From: an uncultured Planctomycetales bacterium
GTDB lineage: Bacteria; Omnitrophota; Gorgyraeia; Gygaellales; Profunditerraquicolaceae
DNA length: 64,000 nt
Assembly (NCBI GenBank): GCA_964603585.1
Contig: CAZRVK010000005.1
Coordinates: forward strand, 90,027-154,026
Reading direction: 5' to 3'
Shown here: piece by piece, positions 8,076-20,963 of the stretch
Layout of the letters: the number at the start of each line of letters is the position of its first letter
How positions within the stretch are numbered: position 1 is the stretch's first letter
Notes under the pieces: model-generated
What the model was told of the DNA's origin: nothing
The model's input: the letters and a program-made list of their open reading frames with translations, nothing else
Databases searched by the model: none
Translations under genes and position numbers: made by a program

Positions 8076-10268
8076 ATGGTCACTAAGACAAAAAAAGAAA
8101 AGGTTGTGGCGAAGAAAAAGGCCGTGGTAAAATCTAAACCAAAGGTATCCAAATCTGTTAAGCCGGCGCCGGTAAAATCGATTTCCGGTTCTACAGTAAG
8201 ATCTAAACCAAAGACAGCTGCAGAGAAAATAGTTAAGGCCACTAAGGCTCGGCGTAAGGCTGTTGCGACGGTTTCTGTTGAGGCGCCTGTAGCAAAGCCT
8301 GATGTTGCCGCGCCTGTAGCAAAGCCTGTTGCTGCGGTGCCTGTGGAGCCTAAGCCGGCGGTAAAACCTATGCCTGAAGGCGCGCAGTTAAAATCCGCCC
8401 CGATTTCGGAGGTTAAGCCGGCAATAAGAACTCAAGAGAAGGCACCTCTTCCTGTTATAGAAAAACCGGCGGATAAAGAGCCTCCTGCGCCAGTTGTGGT
8501 TAAACCAGAGTTAAAGGATCTTGAGCTGAAATTGCCGATTACGGTAAAAGATCTGTCGATCAAACTTCAGGAAAAGCCATCGGTTATTATAAAGATGCTG
8601 ATGAATATGCGCATGATGACCGGGATCAATCAATTCCTGGATGAAACCGTTGTGGCGGCAATTTTAGAGAAGTTCGGTTTTAAGATAAAACATGCCTTAG
8701 ATGCTGAGGGATTAGCGCTTAGCCTGCATCAGCAAGATGACAAAAGCCAGGATTTGCGCCTGCGTTCTCCGATAGTAACTTTAATGGGCCATGTTGACCA
8801 TGGGAAAACATCGCTTTTGGATGCAATCAGGAAAACCAAGGTCGCAGAGAATGAACATGGCGGGATTACACAGCATATCGGTGCTTACCGGGTGCATTTA
8901 CCCCATGGGGACATTACTTTTCTTGATACTCCCGGTCACGAGGCATTTACTGCTATGCGTGCGCGCGGAGCCAGCCTTACCGATATCGTGATTTTAGTAG
9001 TAGCGGCCGATGACGGGGTTATGCCGCAGACAAGGGAGGCAATCGACCATGCCCGGGCGGCAGGCGTTTCTATTATTGTCGCTATCAATAAGATCGATAA
9101 ACCGCAATCCGAACCCGACCGGGTTAAAAAACAGCTTGCAGAACTTGGCCTTAATCCCGAAGAGTGGGGTGGAAAGACCATTACCGTAGGAGTTTCGGCA
9201 AAAACAGGGGAAGGGATCGACGGTTTGCTGGAGATGATCCTTTTGGAAGCCCAGATGCTGGAGCTAAAAGCCAATCCTGACCGTCCGGCAAAAGGTGTTG
9301 TTGTAGAAGCTAAGATGTCAAAAGGCAAAGGGCCGGTTGCCACCCTGCTGATCCAAAACGGGACATTGCATTTAAATGAAAATATCGTTGTTGGCAACTG
9401 TTTTGGAAAGATCCGCGCTATGTTTAATCACCGCGGCCAGGCAGTAACCGATGCCCCGCCGACATATCCGGTGGAGATCCTTGGCCTTTCAGGGATACCT
9501 GCGGCCGGAGAGACGTTCTTTGTGATCGCTGATGAACGCCAGGCTAAAGAGCTGGTCCAGATGCGCCAGGAGAAGGAGAAACAGCTTCAGGTAAAGACAG
9601 TAAAAAGGGTCAGCCTGGAAGAACTGCATACGCAGATAAAAGAAGGCAAGATCAAAGAGTTGAAACTGGTTATTAAGGCGGATGTCCAGGGTTCATTAGA
9701 AGCGATCAAGGATGTCCTAGGTAAGATCGTTCATGAGGAACTCAAGCTGGAAATAATACATGAAGGGGTAGGTAATATTAACTCTTCGGATGTGATTTTG
9801 GCGGTGGCTTCAAATGCCTTGGTTTTGGGATTTAATGTAGTCCAGGATGATTTAGCAAAGGAGCTTTCTTCGAAGGAAGGCGTGGATGTAAAGATATACA
9901 ATATCATTTATGAATTAGGCAATGATATAAAATCCGCTTTAGAAGGCATGTTGGAGCCCAAGTTAAAGAAAGTGTTTATGGGCCGTGTAGATGTTCGTAA
10001 GGTATTTAAGCTTTCCCGTTCGGGCCTGGTTGCGGGATGTTTTGTCAGTAAAGGAAAGATCATCCGTCAAGCCAGTATCAGCGTTTTAAGGAACGGGGAA
10101 GTGGTGTTTGAGGGAAAACTTTCCAACCTTAAGCGGTTTAAAGATGACGTCAGAGAAGTTGCGGAAGGTTTTGAATGCGGGATTACTTTGAATGGTTTTG
10201 ATGGTATGCAAGAAGGCGATGTGATCGAAGCTTATAATGTGGAAAAGATCGCCAGGACAATAGATTAG
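8076..10268 (+). CDS. infB: Translation initiation factor IF-2
   Basis: G-domain motifs 'GHVDHGKTSLLD' and 'DTPGHEAF'. Lys/Ala/Pro-rich N-terminus. Order nusA-infB. Confidence 0.95.
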   Translation: MVTKTKKEKVVAKKKAVVKSKPKVSKSVKPAPVKSISGSTVRSKPKTAAEKIVKATKARRKAVATVSVEAPVAKPDVAAPVAKPVAAVPVEPKPAVKPMPEGAQLKSAPISEVKPAIRTQEKAPLPVIEKPADKEPPAPVVVKPELKDLELKLPITVKDLSIKLQEKPSVIIKMLMNMRMMTGINQFLDETVVAAILEKFGFKIKHALDAEGLALSLHQQDDKSQDLRLRSPIVTLMGHVDHGKTSLLDAIRKTKVAENEHGGITQHIGAYRVHLPHGDITFLDTPGHEAFTAMRARGASLTDIVILVVAADDGVMPQTREAIDHARAAGVSIIVAINKIDKPQSEPDRVKKQLAELGLNPEEWGGKTITVGVSAKTGEGIDGLLEMILLEAQMLELKANPDRPAKGVVVEAKMSKGKGPVATLLIQNGTLHLNENIVVGNCFGKIRAMFNHRGQAVTDAPPTYPVEILGLSGIPAAGETFFVIADERQAKELVQMRQEKEKQLQVKTVKRVSLEELHTQIKEGKIKELKLVIKADVQGSLEAIKDVLGKIVHEELKLEIIHEGVGNINSSDVILAVASNALVLGFNVVQDDLAKELSSKEGVDVKIYNIIYELGNDIKSALEGMLEPKLKKVFMGRVDVRKVFKLSRSGLVAGCFVSKGKIIRQASISVLRNGEVVFEGKLSNLKRFKDDVREVAEGFECGITLNGFDGMQEGDVIEAYNVEKIARTID

Positions 10269-10292
10269 TCCGTAAAAAGACCGTAAAAGGCT

Positions 10293-11288
10293 ATGAAAAA
10301 TAAAATATTGAGCGGTATGCGCCCTACCGGAAAACTGCATTTGGGGCATTTGCTCGGGGCTTTGGATAATTGGGTCAAGCTGCAGGATGCCTATGACTGT
10401 TTTTTTATGGTTGCCGACTGGCATGCCCTAATGGGTGAATATGAGAACCCTTCGGTTTTGTCCGAATCGATATTTGATAATGTTGCCGATTGGTTAAGCT
10501 GTGGGATTGACCCGAAACGTTCTGTAATTTTTATTCAGTCTCAAGTCCCGGGGCATTTAGAATTGCAAATGATATTATCCTGTTTGACCCCTTTAGGATG
10601 GCTGGAGAGATGCCCTACCTATAAAGAACAGTTACGTCAGGTCACTACCCGTGATTTAAATACTTATGGATTTTTAGGGTATCCGGTTTTACAGGCTGCG
10701 GATATCCTGCTTTATAAAGCGCAAAAAGTGCCGGTAGGAGATGACCAGCTTCCGCATCTTGAACTTACCAGGGAGATCGCCCGTCGTTTTAACAGCCTTT
10801 ACAATAGGGATGTTTTTCCGGAGCCCGAGGCGATCTTGACTTCTACCCCAAGGCTACCCGGTTTGGACGGTCGCAAGATGAGCAAAAGCTATAATAATAC
10901 CATTAATCTTTCCGATCCTCCGGAGTTGGTAAGGCGTAAGATCTTGGAAATGACGACTGACCCTCAAAGGATCAAAGTAAATGACCCGGGGCATCCGGAT
11001 GTCTGCAATGTTTTTTCCTATTATGCGGAATTTTTCCCGGAGATAAAACCGGATATTTTTGAAAAATGCACCCGCGCCGGTATTGGTTGTGTAGAATGCA
11101 AGAAGAATCTTGCAGCTTTATTAATAGATAAACTAAAGCCGGTGCATAAGAAAAGGGAAGAGTTTCTTAAGGATAAAACATTGATCAAGGGGATATTGGA
11201 TGCCGGAAGGCAATCTGCTGGTGCGGTGGCGGGGGCGACTTTAAAAGACGCATTGACGGCAATGAAAATGGAGTATGTTCTTAAATGA
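10293..11288 (+). CDS. trpS: Tryptophanyl-tRNA synthetase
   Basis: Class I HIGH motif 'TGKLHLGH' and KMSKS motif 'KMSKS'. Confidence 0.95.
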   Translation: MKNKILSGMRPTGKLHLGHLLGALDNWVKLQDAYDCFFMVADWHALMGEYENPSVLSESIFDNVADWLSCGIDPKRSVIFIQSQVPGHLELQMILSCLTPLGWLERCPTYKEQLRQVTTRDLNTYGFLGYPVLQAADILLYKAQKVPVGDDQLPHLELTREIARRFNSLYNRDVFPEPEAILTSTPRLPGLDGRKMSKSYNNTINLSDPPELVRRKILEMTTDPQRIKVNDPGHPDVCNVFSYYAEFFPEIKPDIFEKCTRAGIGCVECKKNLAALLIDKLKPVHKKREEFLKDKTLIKGILDAGRQSAGAVAGATLKDALTAMKMEYVLK

Positions 11289-12046
11289 GCTATAAAATCA
11301 AACTGGAAGTATTTGAAGGGCCTCTGGATCTGTTGTTATACCTGGTGAAAAAAGACCACCTTAACATTTATGATATCCCGATCGCTAAAGTCACCGAGCA
11401 ATATCTGGGTTATATCGAATTGATGCGTATGCTCGATCTTAATATTGCCGGTGAGTTCTTGGTGATGGCGGCGACACTTCTGGCGATTAAATCAAAAATG
11501 CTTCTGCCGGCAGAGGAAACCCCGGAGGCTGCAGATCCCGAGGATCCCCGGGCGGATTTGGTTAAACGTCTCCTGGAGTATGAGAAATTCAAGGAGATCG
11601 CCGAGAACCTGCGCCAGAAAGAAGCCCTCCAGCAAGAGGTTTTTAAGCGCACTAAACCCCAGGATACAACCCAATTTCCCAAAGCCCAGGATGAAGTTTA
11701 TTTTGAGTCCAGCATTTTCGACCTGATCAGCGCATTCACCAAGGCGATGCAGGATATCCCCAAAGAAATATTTTATGAGGTGATTAAGGATGAGTTTACG
11801 GTTGAAGAAAAGGTCCATCAGATACTGCATCTTCTTTTATTGCGCGATTCGGTGCTTATCTCGGAGTTGTTTGCGCAGTCAAAGAATAAGATCGAGATCG
11901 TAATTACTTTCCTGTCGATCTTGGAGCTGATCCGCATGAAAGAAATAATTGCCAGGCAAAAAGGTTTGTTTGATGAAATCGAAGTTATCCGCAATAAGGA
12001 GAATATCATACCGTATGACTCCCGAAAAGACGCAGAAACCAGCTAA
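11285..12046 (+). CDS. scpA: Segregation and condensation protein A
   Basis: 'LEVFEGPLDLLLYLVKKDHLNIYDIPIAKVTEQYL' is the ScpA signature N-terminus. Confidence 0.9.
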   Translation: MSYKIKLEVFEGPLDLLLYLVKKDHLNIYDIPIAKVTEQYLGYIELMRMLDLNIAGEFLVMAATLLAIKSKMLLPAEETPEAADPEDPRADLVKRLLEYEKFKEIAENLRQKEALQQEVFKRTKPQDTTQFPKAQDEVYFESSIFDLISAFTKAMQDIPKEIFYEVIKDEFTVEEKVHQILHLLLLRDSVLISELFAQSKNKIEIVITFLSILELIRMKEIIARQKGLFDEIEVIRNKENIIPYDSRKDAETS

Positions 12047-13139
12047 ACTGCAGAAGAAAACGGTTCTGGAAAAACGCACGCCTTATATTGATGCAGGAGA
12101 TACGGATGAAGCGCTGCCTGCTCCAGTACGTGCACAGCAAGAAACCGATGAGGATGTTGTTTTAAACATTTCTTTACGCCCGCAGAGGTTTGAAGAGTTC
12201 ATCGGACAAAATGATGTTTTGGATAATTTAAAGATTTGTATTACGGCGGCAAAGCAGAGAAAAGAGCCTTTGGAGCATCTGCTTTTTTCCGGGCCTCCCG
12301 GGCTGGGAAAAACCTCGCTTTCGCATATAATTGCCCATGAAATGGGGACAAAGATCACCGCAACCTCCGGCCCTGCGATCGAGCGGGCTGGGGACCTTAT
12401 TGGGATACTGACCAACCTGGGAAAAGGCGATATCCTTTTTATCGATGAGATCCATAGGCTTTCCAAGGTGGTTGAAGAATTCCTTTATCCGGCGATGGAA
12501 GGTTTTCAGATAGATTTTGTGATCGATAAGGGGCAGTTTGCCCGGACGATCAAGTTTAATCTTAAACCTTTTACTTTGATCGGTGCAACCACCAGAAGCG
12601 GCCTGCTGGCAGCTCCCTTACGCAGCCGGTTTGGGATATTCCATCACCTTGATTTTTATGACACAAAAGACCTGTCGCAGATCATCAAGAATTCAGCTAA
12701 GACATTTGCCGTGGATATAGACAGCCAGGCCGCTGATGAGATTGCCAGGCGTGCCCGAGGGACTCCTCGGATCGCCAACCGCCTGTTGCGCCGGGTCAGG
12801 GATTATGCGCAGGTTAAAGAGGTAAGAAAGATAAATTTAGAGATCGCTTCAATGACTCTTGATGAACTGGGGGTTGATACCGGAGGATTGGATGATATTG
12901 ACCGCAGGGTATTAAAGACCATTCTGGAGGTATATGACGGCGGTCCAGTCGGGGTTGATTCCTTAGCAGCTACTTTAAATGAAGAAGTCGATACCATTGT
13001 TGATACTATTGAGCCATTTTTGTTGAAAGCAGGATATCTAAAGCGTACTTCCCGCGGCAGAGTCGCGACGCAGCTTGCCTTTAAACATTTCGGATTAAAA
13101 TATAAGTTCGAGAAACAGGAAGAGTTATTCGAGAAGTAA
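12015..13139 (+). CDS. ruvB: Holliday junction branch migration ATPase RuvB, with a Lys-rich N-terminal extension
   Basis: 'LRPQRFEEFIGQ', Walker A 'GPPGLGKTS' and a C-terminal winged helix. The ORF is open from 11949. I chose the ATG at 12015 as start, which overlaps the 3' end of scpA. Confidence 0.85.
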   Translation: MTPEKTQKPAKLQKKTVLEKRTPYIDAGDTDEALPAPVRAQQETDEDVVLNISLRPQRFEEFIGQNDVLDNLKICITAAKQRKEPLEHLLFSGPPGLGKTSLSHIIAHEMGTKITATSGPAIERAGDLIGILTNLGKGDILFIDEIHRLSKVVEEFLYPAMEGFQIDFVIDKGQFARTIKFNLKPFTLIGATTRSGLLAAPLRSRFGIFHHLDFYDTKDLSQIIKNSAKTFAVDIDSQAADEIARRARGTPRIANRLLRRVRDYAQVKEVRKINLEIASMTLDELGVDTGGLDDIDRRVLKTILEVYDGGPVGVDSLAATLNEEVDTIVDTIEPFLLKAGYLKRTSRGRVATQLAFKHFGLKYKFEKQEELFEK

Positions 13140-13338
13140 TTGTTTATGAGTTATATTTGAGCTGGTATGAGCCAATAGATTGCGCTCATAGCTCATGGCT
13201 CATGGCTCATTGCTCATATGAGTTAATAGATTGCGCTCATGGCTCATAGCTCATTGCTCATATTAGTTAATAGAGTGTTCTTTATTAGTAATGTTTTTGC
13301 TTTTACCATGAGCCATGAGCCATGAGCCATGAGCTAAC
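13140..13338. repeat. Dense array of the heptad GCTCAT(N) and its inverse ATGAGC(N), forming a long imperfect palindrome
   Basis: About 9 forward 'GCTCAT' copies (13184-13261), two copies of a 45-bp unit 'AATAGATTGCGCTCAT...', and 4 tandem 'CATGAGC' copies (13308-13335) that are the exact reverse complement. Read directly from the sequence. Confidence 0.85.
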
Positions 13339-13890
13339 GTGTCTATGAAACTACTCTTACACATATGCTGTGCCCCATGCCTTATTTATCCCTTGTCCAG
13401 TTTAAAGGATCAGGGGGCAGAGGTAAAAGGGTTATTTTATAATCCCAATATCCATAGTTTTGCAGAGTATATTTTACGAAAAAACGCATTAGAAGAGTTT
13501 AGCAAAGCCGAGGGCCTGGAGGTAACTTATCCAGAGTATTTGCCGGCTGAATATTTTCATGCAGTAAACCTGAATGAGGATGATGAGAAAAGGTGTTTTC
13601 TTTGCTGGTCATTGCGGCTTAGGCAAACCGCTTCTTTTGCCAAAGAAAAAGGATTTGATGCTTTCTCTACTACTCTTTTGGTCAGCCCTTATCAAAATCA
13701 TGAACTGCTTAAGGCCATCGGCGAAGATGCGGCTCGTTCTTTCGGGATAATTTTCCATTATCAGGATTTTCGTCCCGGGTTTCGCCAGGCCAGGCAGAAG
13801 GCTGTAAAACGCGCGTTATACCTTCAGAAATACTGCGGCTGTATTTATTCGGAGATCCAGAGGTATAATCACAGGAAATTCCGCCAATGA
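13339..13890 (+). CDS. queH: Epoxyqueuosine reductase QueH (DUF208)
   Basis: N-terminal 'LLLHICCAPC' and additional Cys motifs typical of QueH. It sits in a cluster with queA and tgt. Confidence 0.75.
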   Translation: MSMKLLLHICCAPCLIYPLSSLKDQGAEVKGLFYNPNIHSFAEYILRKNALEEFSKAEGLEVTYPEYLPAEYFHAVNLNEDDEKRCFLCWSLRLRQTASFAKEKGFDAFSTTLLVSPYQNHELLKAIGEDAARSFGIIFHYQDFRPGFRQARQKAVKRALYLQKYCGCIYSEIQRYNHRKFRQ

Positions 13891-15027
13891 AATATAAGGG
13901 GGTTGTGATAATTGTATTTGTTCTTGTGGCTGTCTTTTGCCGGGAGGCGCCTGCCGCAGGCAGCCATACTGAAAGATATATCCGGGTTGCGATCATCCAG
14001 GATGCGGTATCGTTAAGGATCAAGATAAACGGGGCTTATCAGGTTAAAGATACTGGCGGTAGTAATAATTTCATCCGCGGAATAGATTTGAATACTACGG
14101 CTACAGTTTCTAAGAAAGGCGTATCTTTAGGAGTAGAGGAGTTTGTCTCCGGCAGGTTGTTAGTCATCCCCGATCAGCCGGATGCAATAATGATCAACGG
14201 CCGTTTCTTCCGCGGCAATATTGCATTGATAAAAAAACCTAACCAGCGTTTATTGGTAGTTAACCACGTAGATCTGGAAGATTATATCAAGGGGATACTT
14301 TACCATGAGGTATCGCATTATTGGCCTAAAGAGGTTTTGAAGGCACAGGCGATAGTTTGCCGTAGTTATGCGCTTTATCAGGCCCAGGAGAATAAATCCG
14401 GGGATTTTGACCTGACCAGTGATATTTATTCTCAAGTATACGGGGGCCGGACCTCGGAGCGGTACCGTACCAGCCGTATGGTCGAAGAGACAAGGGGCAA
14501 GGTTCTTTTTTATAATAATAAAATACTTCCGGCGTATTTCCATGCGACCTGTGCCGGCCATACTGAAGATGTATCCCGACTGTGGAATATGCGCCTTGCG
14601 CCTTTAAAAGGGGTGGAATGCAGTTTTTGCAAGAAATCACCGCATTTTAATTGGCACTTGGTTTTATCATTCTCGGAGATCGAAACTATCCTGGCAGGTT
14701 CAGCTTATAAAATAAAGGGCATGCATTCTATTCAGGTTGTTTCAAGGGATGCTTCCGGAAGGGTCATTAATTTAAAGATGGTTTCGTCTAAAGAAGAAAT
14801 CGAAGTTTCGGCTAAAGATTTCCGGAATCTGGTTGGCCCCAATCGTATCCGGAGCGCCAATTTTACTGTCAATACCTTTGGCAAGGACGTGGTATTTGAG
14901 GGCAGCGGTTGGGGGCACGGAGTGGGGTTATGTCAGTGGGGGGCGTATTTTATGGCAAAATCCGGAGTTAGCTATCAGAAGATCCTGAAACATTATTATC
15001 CCGGCTCGGAGATCGTTTCGATTTACC

Positions 15028-15035
<8 letters not shown>
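13887..15035 (+). CDS. SpoIID/LytB-domain protein (secreted amidase-enhancer / lytic transglycosylase-like)
   Basis: N-terminal signal peptide. SpoIID-family core 'YLKGILYHEVSHYWPKEVLKAQAIVCRSYALYQ' and C-terminal 'GHGVGLCQWGA'. Confidence 0.8.
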
Positions 15036-17174
<2,139 letters not shown>

Positions 17175-17200
17175 TTACGCAGGGCGAGAAAGGACGCAGG

Positions 17201-17908
17201 ATGAGGATTGATGTAATTACAATATTCCCCGGGATGTTCGAGCCGGTTTTATCTGAATCCATAGTTAAACGTGCGCAGGCTAAGGGTAAAGTAGAGATAA
17301 ACGTTCATGATTTGCGCAAGTTTACTGTGGATAAGCATCATAAGGTCGATGACCGTCCGTTTGGTGGAGGTTCGGGAATGGTAATCTGCCCTCAACCCGT
17401 ATTTGACGCAGTTAATGATTGCAAACATGGCCCTAAGGCAAAAACCATACTTTTGACCCCTCAAGGCAAGACTTTTAACCAGAAAATGGCAAAAAGACTT
17501 GCTAAATATAAGCACTTGATCCTTATCTGCGGGCATTATGAGGGGGTGGATGAAAGGGTCAGGCAGCATTTGGCAGATGAAGAGGTTTCCATAGGCGATT
17601 ATATTTTAACCGGAGGGGAATTGCCGGCAATGGTTTTGATCGACAGTGTGATCCGCCTGCTCCCCGGGGTTTTAGGCGATAAAAATTCCTTGAATTTTGA
17701 GTCATTTGAATGTAATCTATTAGAATATCCGCAGTATACCCGGCCGGCGGATTTCCGCGGTTTAGGCGTGCCGGATGTGCTTTTGTCAGGCGACCACAAG
17801 AAAATAGAAGCTTGGCGAAAAAAAGAATCATTAAAAAGAACAGTACAAAAGCGGCCCGATCTTTTAGGGGCGCAAAAACATAAGGAAAGGAAGAGTAAAA
17901 ATGAATAA
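17201..17908 (+). CDS. trmD: tRNA (guanine37-N1)-methyltransferase
   Basis: '[13 protein letters not shown]' N-terminus. Conserved trmD-rplS order. Confidence 0.95.
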   Translation: MRIDVITIFPGMFEPVLSESIVKRAQAKGKVEINVHDLRKFTVDKHHKVDDRPFGGGSGMVICPQPVFDAVNDCKHGPKAKTILLTPQGKTFNQKMAKRLAKYKHLILICGHYEGVDERVRQHLADEEVSIGDYILTGGELPAMVLIDSVIRLLPGVLGDKNSLNFESFECNLLEYPQYTRPADFRGLGVPDVLLSGDHKKIEAWRKKESLKRTVQKRPDLLGAQKHKERKSKNE

Positions 17909-18260
17909 GATCCAACTTATTGAAGCTGATTTTGTTAAAAAAGACGTGCCTAAATTCAATGTAGGAGATACGGTAAAGGTTTTAACCAAGATCCAGGAAG
18001 GACAGGATAAGGTGCGCCTGCACCCTTTTGAGGGGATTGTGATCGCCAAACAAGGTAAAGGTATAAAAACCAATTTTACCATAAGAAAGATCTCTTACGG
18101 CGAAGGTATCGAAAGGATATTCCCTTTATATTCACCTAATATTGAGCGTATTGAACTGATCCGCTCGGGAAAAGTAAAAAGGGCCAAGCTTTATTATCTA
18201 CGGGGAAAACTCGGAAAGAATGCGACTAAGATTGCAGAATCGACCGATAAACAACAATGA
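17901..18260 (+). CDS. rplS: 50S ribosomal protein L19
   Basis: 119 aa, 'FNVGDTVKV...' L19 signature. Follows trmD. Confidence 0.95.
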   Translation: MNKIQLIEADFVKKDVPKFNVGDTVKVLTKIQEGQDKVRLHPFEGIVIAKQGKGIKTNFTIRKISYGEGIERIFPLYSPNIERIELIRSGKVKRAKLYYLRGKLGKNATKIAESTDKQQ

Positions 18261-18280
18261 TCCGTTAGTAATGTTTTCTT

Positions 18281-18883
18281 GTGCTTTATTACGAAAACAA
18301 CCTTAAGAAGCAAGGTTATAAGATTATCATCGGCGTAGACGAGGCCGGGCGCGGTCCATTAGCCGGGCCAGTGGTTGCCGGTGCGGTGGTTTTAAGCGAC
18401 CGGTGTTTTAAGAGCCGCATAGATGATTCTAAGAAATTAACCCCCCTGCAACGAGAAAAGGCGTTTTTAGAGATTACCGCCGGATCTGTCTTTGGGATCG
18501 GAATAGTCAATGAGTCTGTCATTGATTCCTTGAATATACTGGAGGCGACCCGTATTGCCATGGAACGGGCAATAGACGCAGTTGTGCATAAATTAAAGCC
18601 GCATCGAAAAAAACAGATCCATGCCATTATCGATGGCAATATGAAATTTGACCTGGGTTTTGGTTATACCAGCATTATTCGCGGGGATTCTAAATCCAAA
18701 AGTATCGCTTGCGGATCTATTGTCGCCAAAGTGGCTCGAGACAGGATCATGGCGATTTACGATAAGGTCTATCCCCAATACGGTTTTTTGCGGCACAAAG
18801 GTTATCCGACCCTGGCTCATCGGCGGGCAATAAACAAATTCGGCCTATCGCTTATTCATAGAAAAAGTTTTTGCCATGTCTAA
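18281..18883 (+). CDS. rnhB: Ribonuclease HII
   Basis: 'IIGVDEAGRGPLAGPVVAGAVVL' active-site motif. The exact start is uncertain. The longest ORF starts at GTG 18281. Confidence 0.9.
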   Translation: MLYYENNLKKQGYKIIIGVDEAGRGPLAGPVVAGAVVLSDRCFKSRIDDSKKLTPLQREKAFLEITAGSVFGIGIVNESVIDSLNILEATRIAMERAIDAVVHKLKPHRKKQIHAIIDGNMKFDLGFGYTSIIRGDSKSKSIACGSIVAKVARDRIMAIYDKVYPQYGFLRHKGYPTLAHRRAINKFGLSLIHRKSFCHV

Positions 18884-19256
18884 AAAAAGATTTTATTTAG
18901 GCAAAAACGGTGAAGCCTTAGCAGAGGAGTTCTTGAAAAATACCGGCTATTCGATCTTAGCCAGGAATTATAGGACTAAATTAGGAGAGATCGATATTAT
19001 CGCCCGGGAAAAAGAGACCATCTGTTTTGTCGAGGTAAAAACACGCACAGGCGAAAGGTTTGGGCTGCCTGAAGAGGCTTTAACGTATCACAAACAACAG
19101 CGGATTTCCAGGGCTTCGCTTGTTTTCTTAAATGAAAATAAACTCTTTGATCAAAAGGCGCGATTCGATGTAGTCTCCATAATGCAAAGTGGGGATACAG
19201 CGAAAATCAATCTGATCCGTAACGCCTTTGAATTGGATGAAAGGTTTACCTGCTAA
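18876..19256 (+). CDS. yraN: YraN-family (UPF0102) putative endonuclease
   Basis: 126 aa. 'GEIDIIAREKETICFVEVKTRTG' is the YraN core. Conserved rnhB-yraN adjacency. Confidence 0.85.
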   Translation: MSKKRFYLGKNGEALAEEFLKNTGYSILARNYRTKLGEIDIIAREKETICFVEVKTRTGERFGLPEEALTYHKQQRISRASLVFLNENKLFDQKARFDVVSIMQSGDTAKINLIRNAFELDERFTC

Positions 19257-19257
19257 G

Positions 19258-20952
19258 ATGCTTCCTGATTTTAAGATCGCCCAAGCCGCAAAGAAACTGC
19301 CAATAGAGGATATTGCCCGCCAATTGGGGATAAACAAGAAGTACCTTTTCCCTTATGGCCGGTATATCGCAAAAATTGACCTGGATATCCTAAAAACCCT
19401 AAAAGGAAAAAAACGCGCTAAATATATCTTAGTTACTGCGATCACTCCTACACCTTTAGGTGAGGGTAAGACCGTTACTACCATAGGCCTTTCGATGAGC
19501 CTGAATCGCCTGGGTGAACTTACTTCGGCCTGTATCCGTCAGCCATCTTTAGGCCCGGTGTTTGGAATAAAAGGAAGCGCTGGAGGAGGCGGGTATTCAC
19601 AGGTTCTGCCCCGGGAAGATTTTGACCTGCATTTTACCGGTGATGCGCATGCCGTAGGACTGGCGCATAATTTAGCCGCGGCGTTCATAGACAATTCTAT
19701 CTTCCGCGGCAACCCCAAAAAGATCGCCGCTGATAAAATACATTGGAATCGGGTGGTGGATATCGGTGACCGCTCCTTAAGGCAGGTGAAGGTGGGTTTA
19801 GGGATTAAAAATGATCGTTTTTCCCGTCTTTCCGGTTTTGAGATCACCCCGGCATCCGAGATCATGGCAATACTGGCTTTAAGCAAGGATATCGGAGATT
19901 TAAGGAGGCGTTTGGGACGGATTGTCCTGGCAGAAAGCGTTGATTCCAAGCCGGTGACTGCGGAAGATTTAAAGGTCGCCGGTATCATGGCGGTGCTTTT
20001 AAAGGATGCGATCAAACCCAATTTGATACAGACTATAGAAAACACCCCGTGTTTTGTGCATACCGGCCCTTTTGCAAATATTGCCCATGGCAACAGTTCG
20101 ATAATTCAGGATGAGATCGCCATGGCTCTTTCTGATTATGTGGTTACCGAGTCGGGATTTGGGGCGGATTGCGGCGCGGAGAAATTCTTTGATATTAAGT
20201 CCCGGATAAGCGGGATCGTCCCTGATGCTGCGGTTTTAGTTTGTTCGATACGTTCATTGAAGGCACACAGCGGAAGGTTTAAGGTTATCCCAGGGAAACC
20301 TTTGGACCCTGGTTTGAAAAAAGAAAGTCTTTCTGCAGTAGAAGAAGGCTTAAGTAATTTAAAAAAACAGATTGAAAATGTAAGGATCTTTGGCGTGCCG
20401 GTCGTGGTAGCGGTTAACCGGTTTGAAACCGATACCCGCGCCGAGATTGACCTGGTCCGGCGGAAGGCTTTGGATTACGGCGCTTTTTCTACCGAAGTAA
20501 GCGAGGTTTGGCAGAAAGGCTCTTCTGGCGGCTTGTCATTGGCCAGAAGCGTGATTAAGGCCGCATCACTTGATAAAAGATATCGGTTGCTTTATTCCCA
20601 AGGAATTGGTATAAAAGAAAAGATAGAGTTAATTGCCAAGCGCCTTTATGGGGCGAGCCGGGTGGAGTATTCTGCTCTATCCCGGAATAAAATCAGGCTA
20701 TATACTTCCCGGGGATGGGATAAGCTTTTGATTTGTATGGCAAAAACCCCGCTTTCTTTATCCCATGACCCGGAATTAAAGGGGAGCCCGCAGGATTTTG
20801 TTTTGCCGGTAAGGGATATCCGGGCTTTCGTTGGCGCGGGATTCTTATCCTGCCTGTGTGGAGCGATCCAGACCATGCCGGGTCTTCCCAGCCATCCGCG
20901 GGGAGAAAATATCGATCTGGATAATTTCGGCCGTGTTATTGGCCTGTCTTAG
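19258..20952 (+). CDS. fhs: Formate-tetrahydrofolate ligase
   Basis: 'ITPTPLGEGKTVTTIGL' P-loop and full-length FTHFS similarity. I chose the ATG at 19258 (MLPDFKIAQ...). Confidence 0.95.
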   Translation: MLPDFKIAQAAKKLPIEDIARQLGINKKYLFPYGRYIAKIDLDILKTLKGKKRAKYILVTAITPTPLGEGKTVTTIGLSMSLNRLGELTSACIRQPSLGPVFGIKGSAGGGGYSQVLPREDFDLHFTGDAHAVGLAHNLAAAFIDNSIFRGNPKKIAADKIHWNRVVDIGDRSLRQVKVGLGIKNDRFSRLSGFEITPASEIMAILALSKDIGDLRRRLGRIVLAESVDSKPVTAEDLKVAGIMAVLLKDAIKPNLIQTIENTPCFVHTGPFANIAHGNSSIIQDEIAMALSDYVVTESGFGADCGAEKFFDIKSRISGIVPDAAVLVCSIRSLKAHSGRFKVIPGKPLDPGLKKESLSAVEEGLSNLKKQIENVRIFGVPVVVAVNRFETDTRAEIDLVRRKALDYGAFSTEVSEVWQKGSSGGLSLARSVIKAASLDKRYRLLYSQGIGIKEKIELIAKRLYGASRVEYSALSRNKIRLYTSRGWDKLLICMAKTPLSLSHDPELKGSPQDFVLPVRDIRAFVGAGFLSCLCGAIQTMPGLPSHPRGENIDLDNFGRVIGLS

Positions 20953-20963
20953 GAGAAAAAAAT

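Noticed and set aside
11949-12014. Whether ruvB starts at 11949 as a longer N-terminally extended form
   Set aside because: The extra 22 codons lie entirely inside scpA and have no RBS. The ATG at 12015 is more plausible, though still unusually far upstream of the conserved RuvB core.
13140-13338. Whether the heptad-repeat region is a CRISPR array or a preQ1 riboswitch upstream of queH
   Set aside because: The repeat unit is only 7 bp with no unique spacers and no cas genes. No preQ1-I or preQ1-II consensus is present. It is reported as an unexplained repeat instead.
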